NCBI GenBank assembly: GCA_024626585.2
Contig: JANKJI020000001.1
Span: forward strand, 3,864,643-3,883,590
Direction of reading: 5' to 3'
DNA: 18,948 nt
Origin: Ginkgo biloba
Taxonomy: Eukaryota > Plantae > Ginkgophyta
Below are positions 1-11,023 of this stretch, piece after piece; positions within the stretch are counted from its first letter, which is position 1, and each line of letters starts with the position of its first letter. The notes under the pieces are model-generated. The model made no database searches. It was given only the letters and a program-made list of their open reading frames with translations, and was not told the DNA's origin. Position numbers and translations under genes: made by a program.

Positions 1-1813
1 ATATTTACTATCGTACAACAAAACCAAGTCACTTGGATGAAGTCTCATTCCCTTAATCTTTCGATCATGGATTTTTTTCATCCTCTTTCAAACATCGTCC
101 TAGTCCCAGAGAGAAATTGCTCTCTTTTCCTCCAACTCGTTCAACATCATCAGTGTTTCCTTCAAAGATTGTTCTTCATCCCATTTTGCCTCAATTGCAA
201 CTCTTAGACTTGGTACTTGAAATTCCATTGGCAAGAATACTTCTTGGCCACATACCTACTGTAACGGTGTCTGATCCATTGCTTCTTATATGTGGTTCTG
301 AACGCCCACAATACTGTATGCAACTTATCCGCTTAGTCCTTCCTTCTAACTTCACAAGTTTTTGTTAAAATATTACAGAGAAGCTTATTGGAAGACTCTA
401 CCAAACCATTACATCTTGGATATTAGGGGGTGCTCTTTTAATGATGGATCATGAATTTAAAAGTCAAATTCTCTACCACCTTGTTTAGAAAATGGGTTCC
501 TTTGTCACTAATCAGTTTTAATGGATGATCAAATGGCACTAAGATACTATCATATAAGAATTTAGCAGTTGTATTGGCATTGTTATCTCATGTAACTCTT
601 GCTTCGACCCATTTGGTCACATAATTCGTAGCTATAATGATGTATCTTGCTCATGTCCTTCTAGCTAGTGGTTTAATTGGTCCTACAAAATCAATTTCTC
701 ATTTCTCAAAGGGAAATTGAGCTCTGATCGGGTTCAAAGGCATGGAATCTTTAATAGTAGGTTTCCCTACCCTTTGGGATACGTCACACCTTTTGCACAA
801 CGACTGTGCATCTCGAAACAATGTAGGCCACAATAAGCCTGACAATAGAAGTTTCCTCGTTGGCTTTTTGGTAGAGTTGTGGCCTCTTGCAAGTCCTTCA
901 TGTGCTTCGTGGAGAACATTTGGAGTCTCTTCAGAGCTCACGCACCTTCTCAACATTTCATCCTTCCTCAATTTGTACAACTGGCCTCCAATTAAGGTGT
1001 AGCCTAAAGCCTTTCTTGCCAAATTCTTCTTATTTGCAGTCGTCTAATCCTTCAGAGCTAGACCAGTGGATAGATATGGTACTATCTCTTAAAATTCATT
1101 TGGGAAAGTGTCTATTCAAAACAAATGTACATCTGAAAATTCATCATCGATTTCTTCTTCCTGTGCATTATCTATTCGTGATAGATGATCAGGTCCCAAG
1201 TGTGTTTTACCAGGCTTAAGGAATATTTCAAAACCATACTCCTATAACAACAATATCCATATGCTCAATCGTCCTTGTTGAATAGGCTCATTTAAAATAT
1301 ATTTGAGTGCTTGATTGTCAATATAAAACTCAAATTTATTCCCCAATAGATAATGTTAAAAATTCTAAACTAGACAAATCATTCCTAATGATTCTCAATA
1401 TATGGTGGAATAATCTATCTCAGCCTTAGATAACTTCCCACTCACAAAGTATATATGATGAACAATTTTACCATCTCCTAGTTGTGCTAAAATTAATCCA
1501 ATTGCGATCGTTGAATCATCTACATATACATGAAAGATTTCCTTCCAATTTAAAAATGATTGTATGGGATCCTTAAAGATCCTCATCTTCAACTTATCAA
1601 ACACTTCATGTAATTCTTAAGTCCATATAAATGTGACATCCTTCCTCAACGATATTTCTAAAGGACTTGTAATCTTTGCATAGCCCTTAATAAACTTGCA
1701 ATAATAGCCAGTGTGACCTAAATACTATTATGTTTGTAATGGATTTCCTAGAGCTTCCAAATCTAATATAACTTGCACCTTTGTTGGATCAACCATCGTC
1801 TTGTCCTTGCAAA
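1..1813 (-). mobile_element. pol: Degenerate Ty3/gypsy pol (RT C-terminus, RNase H, integrase), non-chromovirus, Athila-like; runs off the left edge of the window
   Basis: Minus-strand translation through stops and frameshifts: VDPTKVQVI..YLGHTGYYCKFIKGYAKITSPL (RT thumb); FHVYVDDSTIAIGLILAQ..IYFVSGKLSKAEIDYSTI..HYLLGNKF (RNase H); PDHLSRI..IDDEFSDVHLF; LHEAHEGLARGH..LWPTLFRDAQSLCKRCD (HHCC); IDFVGPI..TKWVEA..LISDKGTHF..YPRCNGLVESSNK..VLWAFRT (integrase core); GQEVFLPMEFQVPSLR..HDRKIK..DLVLLYDSK. Domain order RT-RH-INT is gypsy-type. No extra RNase H lies between RH and INT. Confidence 0.93.
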
Positions 1814-1835
1814 CAAGACACAAATCAAGGAAAGC

Positions 1836-2302
1836 ATGGAGAAAGGAGAGAAAATCCTAGGCTAGTATAACAATAACTAAAAGTTAAGTACTAAAGTCAA
1901 CAACATTGAATATGACATAGGACAAATGAAGAGAAATATGGAAGATATTAACTAAAAATTGGATGATCGATTAAGCCTAAGTAGAAGCTCCAACAACTAG
2001 ATGTTATTTCACTGGGAGGTTCCAAGAGCTTATAATGAAGTTCATGGCAAATTATTTTCTAGAAATAAAGGAAACGTCTATTACATCCTACAACTAAAAA
2101 TTATAAATTCTTATATTGGGACAAACAAGTTAAATATGGCATTTGATCAAGCAAGAATTTTTTAAGAATTAGAAAAAATTTGAATAGCCATCCAAGTGAT
2201 GGAAGTTCCAATACACTCATGGGAATTTAGACGGTGGTAAAGTAACCAAACTAGACTTGGAGCCTATAAGAAATTTGTCCCTAATTTCTACCATCGAGCT
2301 AG
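1836..2302 (+). pseudogene. Possible decayed retrotransposon gag N-terminal/capsid fragment
   Basis: One + frame with scattered stops gives a coiled-coil-like start (KVNNIEYDIGQMKRNMEDIN*KLDD), then ELEKI*IAIQVMEVPIHSW..AYKKFVPNFYHR. This resembles the gag 'EKI.IA...M.G.A..W...W..FV..L..RF' pattern. Weak, by-eye match. Confidence 0.4.
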
Positions 2303-2402
2303 NNNNNNNNNNNNNNNNNNNNNNNNNNNNNNNNNNNNNNNNNNNNNNNNNNNNNNNNNNNNNNNNNNNNNNNNNNNNNNNNNNNNNNNNNNNNNNNNNN
2401 NN

Positions 2403-3891
2403 TCTTCTCTTCTTCTGCTCCATAGCATCTTTCATCAAGCCAATCTTCTCCTGTGAGCCTATCACACATAGGCAAGTCCCTTGCTTGGGATTTCACTCTC
2501 CACTGCTTCTTCCTTGCAGTTGGATTTCTCTTAGGCTTCTTATGAAGCTTTTCCCCTCTACTTGCTGCAATCAACGCATACCGTGCACCTGTCAAGCACA
2601 CACTCCTTATGGGATGCTCTGCTTCCACTTCATCTAGTGGCAACAACGTGTACGATTTCCCATCCTTGCCAATAAGGTAAGTGTTGCAACGACCATCATG
2701 AATGGCAATCCGGTCATATTGCCCTAGTCTTCCCAACAAGACATGAAAAGCATCCATAGGCATGATATCACACCACATTTCATCCCTGCAATCTCCCAAA
2801 TGTATGGTCATTAAACAATTTTTCCCTGATGGTGATGTCACTGCCCTTCTTAAATTAAGAAATTTTGTAAGGGGATTCATGTTGACGTTGTCTCAAACTT
2901 AATCTCTTGACTAAATCTTCTGACGCCATGTTCTCACAGCTGTTGCCATCCACAATTACATGACAGGCTGTGTTTCCCAGCATACCCTTCAATCTGAAGA
3001 GGTTCCTTCTCTTACTCAAGTTGGTCTTCCTATTCTAGCCGTGAGTGATGTATTTCACTCCATTGGTTGTCGACTGACAGTCTTCTACGTCGGTCACCCA
3101 TTCTTTACCTTTTTTATGTTGGTGCTCCTCTTGACTCATGTTGGATGTCAGTTTTTGCTCCACTGACAACACTTTTCGTGCCATCAAACTTCTTGACCTA
3201 TCGGCCTCCACAGGCTCTGGCTCATCTGCATGTCGGCTTAAATTTACACGACCCTCTTTTGTCCACTATCGGTCGTCATCCCTCTTTGGGCACTCATAAG
3301 ATCTATGGCCCTCCTTGCCACAGGTAAAACTTCTTGTGAGCCGCCTCTACACAAAAGGCGCTCTGTCAAACCTCCTCTCCTGATGTCAGCCAAAATCTCC
3401 CCGACCTTTGCCGTGAAGCTCATCGTCCTCTTTCCGTGGGCGGAATACTCAGTTGAAATCTGACTTCTGAAAATGATCATGTCGCCCATAATTCTCTCTA
3501 TCCCAAGGTCGATCTTCTCTCTTCTGTCGCTGAGAGGATGTCAGTGCACTTCCAGCAAAAGGTCTTTTTCTTGCATGTCGATTTAGCTTCTCTTCTGCCT
3601 TGAGCGCAAGCTGGTATGCTTCATCTACACTCAAAACATGACACATGGTCAACTCATCCTGAATGGTGTAGTTCAGACCATTAATATACCTGGCCGCCAA
3701 CTGCTCCTCATTCTCCTCATAGCCACTCTGGATAGATAACTTGAAGAATTCATCTGTGTACTTAGGTACACTCCTCTCCCTCTGCCTCAAGTTTTGAAAT
3801 GCCTTATATAATTGTTGCTCATAATCCAATGGCATAAATTTACCCTTCAATTTCTCCACCATCTTTGGCCAAGTTTGAATTTTATCTCTGT
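2403..3891 (-). mobile_element. gag: Ty3/gypsy gag-protease remnant, CRM-like chromovirus
   Basis: Gag core IQTWPKMVEKLKGKFMPLDYEQQLYKAFQNLRQRERSVPKYTDEFFKL..EEQLAARYINGL..IQDEL..SVDEAYQLALKAEEK (ORF 3449-3946). Zinc knuckle SFTCGKEGHRSYECP (~3288-3333, first Cys lost). SLMARKVL, then NLFRLKG..CHVIVDGNSCENMAS (protease active site ~2939-2956). DEMWCDIMPMDAFHVLLGRLGQYDRIAIHDGRCNTY..KDGKSYTLLPL matches the CRM-type protease signature. Several frameshifts. Confidence 0.92.
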
Positions 3892-3903
3892 GCTCTAATA
3901 CCA
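3892..3903 (-). promoter_or_regulatory. Primer binding site, tRNA-iMet type (TGGTATTAGAGC; one mismatch to TGGTATCAGAGC)
   Basis: The plus strand reads gctctaatacca-ac-tgatg, i.e. CATCA-GT-TGGTATTAGAGC on the minus strand. An 11/12 match to the canonical plant PBS, 2 nt after a CATCA LTR end. Confidence 0.85.
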
Positions 3904-3905
3904 AC

Positions 3906-4200
3906 TGATGTGAGAGGGGATTCAATGACCCTATCTGTGAGCCCATATAGGTCTCTATTTACTATCTAAATTTGAATGATGTTAGTCCTCGACCAATGAC
4001 ATCGATGGTAACAAATGATGTTGGTGGTCAGTTTCTACCAAATTGACATCGACAGGGTCCACCTGCACTGCCACTATCAGTGAACTCTAAACACTGCATC
4101 ATCACCTCACTTCCCTCTAGGATCTCTTCGATAACCTATCTGCCAATGACATTAGAGAAGGCCAACTTTGACCCATTGGTGCTAAGTCCACCAACAACCC
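3906..4200 (-). repeat. 3' end of the 5' LTR of the CRM-like element (right-hand limit uncertain)
   Basis: A CATCA terminus at 3906-3910 lies next to the PBS; TGATG...CATCA termini are typical of CRM LTRs. The other LTR end was not located. Confidence 0.5.
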
Positions 4201-5033
4201 ACAGAAAATCACCCTTCACAAATAAAATGATAATTTTAAAAAGAAAATATTTTCACATATTAATTTGGAGTGCACAGTGGAATGATACAAGACATTTTTA
4301 ATTGGAGAAACCCTCTCAGGGAATAAAACTCTAGATTGATTAACAAATTCATAATTGTAAATATGTTTGTAAGCAAGGAATTTTAGAGCTATATATTAAA
4401 ACTGAAAATCATAATCAATTTTACTCTAAAATAAATATGCCATACCTCAGATTGGAGCTTTGTTGAATTGCTGAATGGATTNNNNNNNNNNNNNNNNNNN
4501 NNNNNNNNNNNNNNNNNNNNNNNNNNNNNNNNNNNNNNNNNNNNNNNNNNNNNNNNNNNNNNNNNNNNNNNNNNNNNNNNNTCAAAACTTGTAGTCTTGT
4601 ATCTATTTATTTTTCTTTTATATGTGTGTCTTCATTCATTTCTTGTCTTGTCAAAATGATAAATCAAGCTTGTTAACCCTTGTGGTGTTCTGGTGATGTG
4701 AATTCCTTTGCTGAAGAAGAACGGTCAACCTTTAGACTCATTGACTACGTTGTGAGTGGGCACATTAGTTAGATCCTAGAAGAGTGGGCTCAAAGAGACT
4801 GAATTTTTTTGGGCCACTGACAACCATCAATAGGGTCCCAGTCATTGATTCACTACAAATTGACACTAAAAGGGGCATAGAAGTGTTGTCCCCTATCACT
4901 GTTCATCAGTCTCCCTGACTATCCCACGTCAGCAAGTATCACAATATAACATCAAAGCATAAATTTTCTTCAGTGAAGAGAGGAAGGAAGATCTCAGTAG
5001 TAGACCATTAGTGTGCATAGAAAAATTGTCAAA

Positions 5034-5276
5034 ATGCCACCAAGAAGAGCGCCCAGACAAAAGGAATCCCTCCTACAGATGTTAGAAGTGTTAGTAAAGA
5101 GGGTCGAAGATATTAGGGGTAGATTTAAGGAGATTGGAACTAAGGTTGATGACCTAGAGCCTCAGAGACAAGGTCTTATATCAAAGATCTTGTATGTTAT
5201 TGTAGGCTCTGTTTTGAGAATTGAAAAACAAGTCATGGGTGTTACTGGATGGACCCTTTATCAGAACTGGACATGA
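5034..5276 (+). pseudogene. Possible gypsy gag N-terminus (MPPRRAPRQ...), truncated
   Basis: An MPPRR start followed by a coiled-coil-like LLQMLEVLVKRVEDIRGRFKEIGTKVDDLE. About 100 nt upstream is a degenerate LTR-end/PBS-like string (cacgtca-gc-aagtatca, ~4925-4941). No gag core is recognisable downstream. Confidence 0.35.
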
Positions 5277-7646
5277 TTGCTTGTTTTTTCTTTAAACACA
5301 AACCGTATATCAAAATATATAGATTTTTGCCAACCATAATGGGAAATACATTTTTGACAAAAAGTACAGCAATAATGACCAGATTACAGAACAATATAAC
5401 CACTATTATTGAGGCAGCTGTAAAGTGTGTGATTGTTACTTCGGGCATGTTACCCTTGATTGTTACAGCAACTAGGATATACTCTCATCTGTTATGGATG
5501 AAAACTTAAAAGGTTGTTTATGAGGAGGAAGAAGTAATAAGACGTGCAAGTCTTTTTAAGATGTAATAGTCCATTATCAATTTCTTACGGGCCAGTTTAT
5601 TTGTTTCTAATTGGATTATTCATTAAATAGCATGAATTACTTTCAATACCAAAAAGCAGGTGGCATAGTGCACACATTCAGCTCACTGTGCAAACTGTCT
5701 TGGATAACACTGAATTGACTCTCAATGCAGAATGCTACATCACATCTAGATATGTTCGTAACATCAAAGAAAATAAAGCATAACATAAGGGGAGAAGGTA
5801 TAAATATTGGAAGAAACAAGATTGCATACAAATCTTAAGAGGAATTTGTTAATAATTCATATAAATTTAATGATCATAATTAGGAAGTCCTCAACACTAG
5901 TAGAATGTATGATCCAAAGTGATCCCTAAGAATATTTTATCAAACTTTAGGATGGCTTTATCTCTACCAACCTTGCTCACTAGATGAAGGAGTAGAGACC
6001 TTTATTCCTTGGCCTTTGACCAAGGAAGGTCATAATAGGACATCATAGGTTTCATTAAAAAAATATATACATGGATGAACAAGATAGTGCAAACCTCTTA
6101 GCAGGATCTACCCATGAATCAAAGAATCTAAAATTATCTAATTTGGACAAAAATAATGATGAATATTGTGATTCTTCCATAAATGCAAAAGAAATGGACA
6201 CCATTGGTACTGAATGAGAGTCATATCGATGGACCCAAGAAACATTGAATATCAGGGAAGCATCGACATCAAAGTGAAATAGGTCTATGCATCCTTCTAG
6301 TAAGACTCCAAAGGAAATGCCTATAAATTCAAAGAAGAGGTAGGTGTCATAATTTTCCTCCCCTCTTGATAATGAAGTTCAAAATACTTCTTCAAATCCC
6401 AAAACCCTTCCTAATCTAGATAGAATCGACATTGATGAATGGGAACATGAAAAGTAGGTAGAATAAGAATCTAATTTGAAGAAGAGTAGATCAATAATAT
6501 AACAATAATGTATCAAAATCCAAGACGATCAAATTCCTCAAACCAATCACTTAGAGGACTTTCCTCTATTTTATGTTGTATCACCATTAGGAATAGCCCA
6601 AGAAGAAGTGCACCCNNNNNNNNNNNNNNNNNCATGGGAATAATCACTAATAGGTAAACCCTACAAAGGTTCTATATGTAGAACCATTAAAATCCATGCC
6701 CTTATAATCATAACCACCGATATAAGTGGATCCATTAATGTATTTTATCCCAGTAAAAACCAAATTTGATATAAGCTATAGTTTTGAAGAAGGGTGAAAT
6801 CTTAAGATGATAGCATCCAAGTAGCATAGCAAGTTAAAGGCACAAGAACCTTCATTGGCATATTTTGATACTCAATAGATGAACCTGAACATATCAATAT
6901 TAATGCTTCAAGGTGTCAAAAATATGAACAAGGAAATCACAAAAGTTATCAACTAGAGGTTGGATGACTATAAACACCAAACTCAAGATTTAAACAAACT
7001 CTTGTGTGTTATCATCAAACGATTCTATGTGCATTTGATGNNNNNNNNNNNNNNNNNNNNNNNNNNNNNNNNNNNNNNNNNNNNNNNNNNNNNNNNNNNN
7101 NNNNNNNNNNNNNNNNNNNNNNNNNNNNNNNNNNNNNNNNAATGTTGTTATTGTCTCAAATCACACCCTTTAATTCATTTCATAAATTTGGCATATAATT
7201 CATACATATAGAGCTTACTCATTAATATTGTACCTCCTTTATAACATTTACATATATTTTACAATACATTTATGCATCACATTATGATCACACATTGTAG
7301 GTATATACTCAATATGGCCCTACATTCATTATATTACCATAGATATATCACATGACCCTTTGAATCACATTGTATAATTCATTAACACATACACATATAT
7401 AACCCACATTCATTACATATCATATCTCTCTATGTTTTGTTATTATAGAATTCAACACATTAGCTCCACACCCTTATGCCATATGAATCAAAGAAACCCT
7501 CTTATATTATGTAGTATTGATCGAGGTACTTAAATAAATTATTCTCGTTATTTGATATCATAGTACCTTAAAATTAGGGAATATTGCCATCACTCCTATC
7601 ATACATTATTTTGGTTGAATATATTACTTTCTCATATGCCAATTAT

Positions 7647-7987
7647 TGTTAGAATATAGTTAATCTTTACATGTTGCAATTGAGGTTACAACCTAATGGT
7701 ATGATACCTAAGTCATAAATAAGGGTTAAAGTATCATAGGGGTGAGTCATCCTTAGATTAGTCCCTAGGTGACACATGTTGAGAGTTACTAGATAAGTGT
7801 TGTGTCCAAAAATGACCATTACAAGTTGTAAAATATATTTATACATGTTAAAGCTATGTATATATTATGTAGAGTTAATCAAATTGAAGGTAGATCAATT
7901 CTACTAGACTTTTAGTGTTCCATGTTTGTATTTCTTACGATATAGGCCAATTCTGATATCTTATTTCTAAATTTCTTGTATTCCATA
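7647..7987 (+). repeat. Isolated (solo-like) LTR of the same Ty1/copia family as 10591-10929
   Basis: Both start with the same 11 nt, TGTTAGAATAT. 7681-7750 aligns ungapped to 10641-10710 at 51/70 (hand count). Shared distal blocks are agagttaat, caattctac and ttcttgt near the end. Lengths are similar (341 vs 339 bp). No PPT before it and no PBS after it. Confidence 0.8.
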
Positions 7988-8019
7988 TTTCATATTTTCT
8001 ATTGTTCATTATTTCCTTC

Positions 8020-8511
8020 TAGTTCTCATACTCCTTATGAAGCTCCTTTATCCATTCTACTTCAATTATTGTCATTGCGTTGAATTCTACATCTTCATAT
8101 TTTTGTGATAATGTGTCTACAACCACATTTAATACTGTTCTTGTAGATAATTTCAAAATCAAAAGCTTGGATCTTATCTACCCACTTTCACCCTTTATTT
8201 GTCAGGGTTTCTTGCTTCAACAGGTGCTTTAGGCTATTATGATTGGTTTTAACTCTAAAATTACTTCCAAGTAGGTATTGTCTCCACTTTTCTAGTGTGT
8301 GCATAATAACTAACATCTCTTTATTATATGTTGACATCTTCCTTTCTTTATCATTGAGTTTTTAGCTTTAAGTATGATGGGTCTTCCTTCCTACATTAAC
8401 ACTGCTCTGATTCCTTGCCCTGAGGCATCACATTCCACAATGAAGGTTTTGGTAAAATCAAGGGTAGCCAATACTGGAGTGGTAGTCATTGCAGTTTTTA
8501 GATTTTCAAAT
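8020..8511 (-). mobile_element. pol: Degenerate Ty3/gypsy RNase H (Reina/IFG-like chromovirus)
   Basis: [112 protein letters not shown] 8374-8757 is its antisense shadow. Confidence 0.9.
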
Positions 8512-9844
8512 NNNNNNNNNNNNNNNNNNNNNNNNNNNNNNNNNNNNNNNNNNNNNNNNNNNNNNNNNNNNNNNNNNNNNNNNNNNNNNNNNNNNNNNNN
8601 NNNNNNNNNNNTGCTTTACATTTTATATTTAAAAATAGTATTAATTTATATATTCCATTCAATGGATAAATTTCCAGTGAATGTGCTTAAATCTTTTGAA
8701 CTTAGGTCTTTCATGAATAGCATTCATGACTCCCCACTAAACGGGACTAAACCATAGCCTTGTGAACAACTTACTTCACCTTTCACATCAATTAAGCATA
8801 GAGATATATAATAACTAAGGTAATTACAATTTGACCTCATAGGTTTTCTATTAAGTAGGGTTTCATGCATAATCTCTAAGACCTGTATCTTCTTATTTAG
8901 AGATTTAGAACTAAATAATAATGAATCCTACAATTAAGATAGATGGCATGGTAGTTTGTGAGACAACCCCATTCCTAATGATTCAATATCCTCTATGAAA
9001 ATTATTATTGCATGTCTTAATAGTGGCTTTTGTTAGGCCTTACAAGGTATTCATTCACATGTTAATATGATAGAGAAGAATATACGAAATTGATGGACAC
9101 TACAAAATTTTGGATCAATTACAATCTATTTGATTAGAATTGTCACTTGTTTGTGGAGCTCCTATTTTTCATTATTAAAGTCCACATTAGGTCAATCAAG
9201 CCTAGTAGGTGCATTGGTTTTGGTCCCCTCATATAAAATTCATGCACTTAAAAAGTTATACCTTTTTTTTCAAATTCAAAAGACAAAATTAATTGAATTT
9301 ATTTCTTATAATATTCTTCATAAGATCAGCTTACTTGAGAGTAGGCAAACTTAACATCAAAATAATAGTTTTTCCTTGCCTCATTTTGAACAATGGATTA
9401 TCCCTCAATTCTCAGCTTGCTAATCTAGGATTTAAATAACAACTATGTGGTGACAAGTCCCTTCCCTCTTTAAACACAAATTATTAACACAAAGATCGAG
9501 ATAAAGAGCAAGTCTAGGTTGATGATTACTAATATGGCATTAGAATAGGTCACTCAGTATAAGTGAATTTGATGTCCCTTATTTTAGGAAGGGACAATAA
9601 AAATACCTTAATCTTATCTTCAAAGGGCCATGATTTTCGTGGGGCAATATTCTTGGGTATATGTAAAATTAAGTGTGAGAAGAAAATTAAAATGCACATC
9701 GGTATATTGCCATCAATGTGTGTACATATGATCAAATATGTGACACAACAGTTTGCAATTGGAGTTGAAGCAATTGGAAAAATAGGCTAAAGTGAGAAGT
9801 TTATAATATCCATACATAGAAAGTTACAAATAATGTATGAATAA

Positions 9845-10096
9845 TTTATCATGAATGTTGAACTAAAATTAGAGGATTGTACTCTCAAAGACTCCTTCAA
9901 TGTGATAGAAATTAACAAAGTGGATGTAGTATTGGCGGTACAATGGTTGATAAACCTTGGAATGTATGGCAACAATCATGCAAAAGTCTTCCTTACCTTT
10001 AAGATATAAGGGAGGAAATACACCATTAAGGGAATACAAGCTATGGGTACTAAATTAGTAGATCCTTAATGAATGTATAAGATCTTATGAAAGGGC
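9845..10096 (+). mobile_element. Ty3/gypsy aspartic protease C-terminal half (chromovirus), decayed
   Basis: MNVELKLEDCTLKDSFNVIEINKVDVVLAVQWLINLGMYGNN..LTFKI*GRKYTIKGIQ..MYKIL*KG matches the 'DVVLGVQWL.TLG' gypsy protease motif. Confidence 0.8.
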
Positions 10097-10197
10097 NNNN
10101 NNNNNNNNNNNNNNNNNNNNNNNNNNNNNNNNNNNNNNNNNNNNNNNNNNNNNNNNNNNNNNNNNNNNNNNNNNNNNNNNNNNNNNNNNNNNNNNNG

Positions 10198-10596
10198 ACC
10201 TGGAGTAGTAAGAAGTAGTCAATTATCGTCCTTTCCTCAACAGAAGTGGAATATAAAGTTGCAGTTATAGCTACATCAAAATCCATCTAGTTGAGACAAG
10301 TTCTTAATGATATGGGATTGGATTAGGAGGAAGAAACGAAACTTTATTGTGATAACCAAAGTATGATAAAGCTGGCAAAGAATCCTATGTTTCATGAAAG
10401 GACCAAGAACATTAAAGTTCATCATTGCTTCATCTAGGAGTTGATACATATTGGGGACATTGAGTTAGTGTACAAGTCTACATAAGATCAAATTGCTGAC
10501 ATATTCACCAAACCTTTGGCTCCGGATAAATTTCAGAAGTTCATGGATGGTATTGGTGTAAAATATAATGATATAAACATTAAGGGGAAATGTTAG
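10198..10596 (+). mobile_element. pol: Ty1/copia RNase H (pol C-terminus), with in-frame stops but no frameshift
   Basis: TWSSKK*SIIVLSSTEVEYK..I*LRQVLNDMG..LYCDNQSMIKLAKNPMFHERTKNIKVHHCFI*E..DQIADIFTKPL..GV..IKGKC*. These are the canonical copia CDNQSA, HxRTKHI and ADIFTKPL motifs. Confidence 0.95.
10582..10590 (+). promoter_or_regulatory. Polypurine tract of the copia element
   Basis: AAGGGGAAA immediately before TGTTAG, at the end of RNase H. Confidence 0.8.
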
Positions 10597-10929
10597 AATA
10601 TTTATCTTTTTATAATTTTTACATATTAATTTATTGTAAATAGGGTCACGACTTAATATTATGAGACCTATGTCGTTTAGGAGGGTTAAAGGGTCATTAA
10701 GGTGAGTCATAATTGAGTCAACCCATGAANNNNNNNNNNNNNNNNNNNNNNNNNNNNNNNNNNNNNNNNNNNNNNNNNNNNTGGTTTTATAATTGTATAT
10801 ATTTAGCATGAGGCAATGTACAAATTTAATGCAGAGTTAATGAAGAAACAATATACCAATTCTACCAGTTCAATGTCTATGTTCACTTATGGAGTGTTAA
10901 ACCACTTTTAGAATTCTTGTTTCACAACA
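10591..10929 (+). repeat. 3' LTR of the copia element (contains a 52-N gap)
   Basis: TGTT...AACA termini, directly after the PPT. The end position is supported by where similarity to the 7647-7987 copy stops. Confidence 0.8.
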
Positions 10930-11023
10930 TTTGAATTAATACTCATAAATATGGACATATCACTTATCTCTATATATTTTATTATAACCAACCATAGTCA
11001 TATATAATTTTGGGAATTTAACA

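Noticed and set aside
117-1219. Plus-strand ORFs 117-368, 742-1002 and 887-1219
   Set aside because: They are antisense shadows of the minus-strand gypsy pol.
4285-4335. Copia-LTR-like motif (acaagacattt..ggagaaaccct..gggaataaaactc)
   Set aside because: Suggestive only; no boundaries or second copy.
5242-5831. ORFs 5249-5509, 5242-5448 and 5643-5831 as host exons or a LINE fragment
   Set aside because: No recognisable domain and no convincing splice structure.
6668-6685. Near-perfect 18-bp palindrome ggttctatatgtagaacc (also ccttcaat-ct-attgaagg at 14081-14098)
   Set aside because: Isolated short inverted repeats are plausible by chance in 19 kb of AT-rich DNA, and the second lies inside decayed coding sequence.
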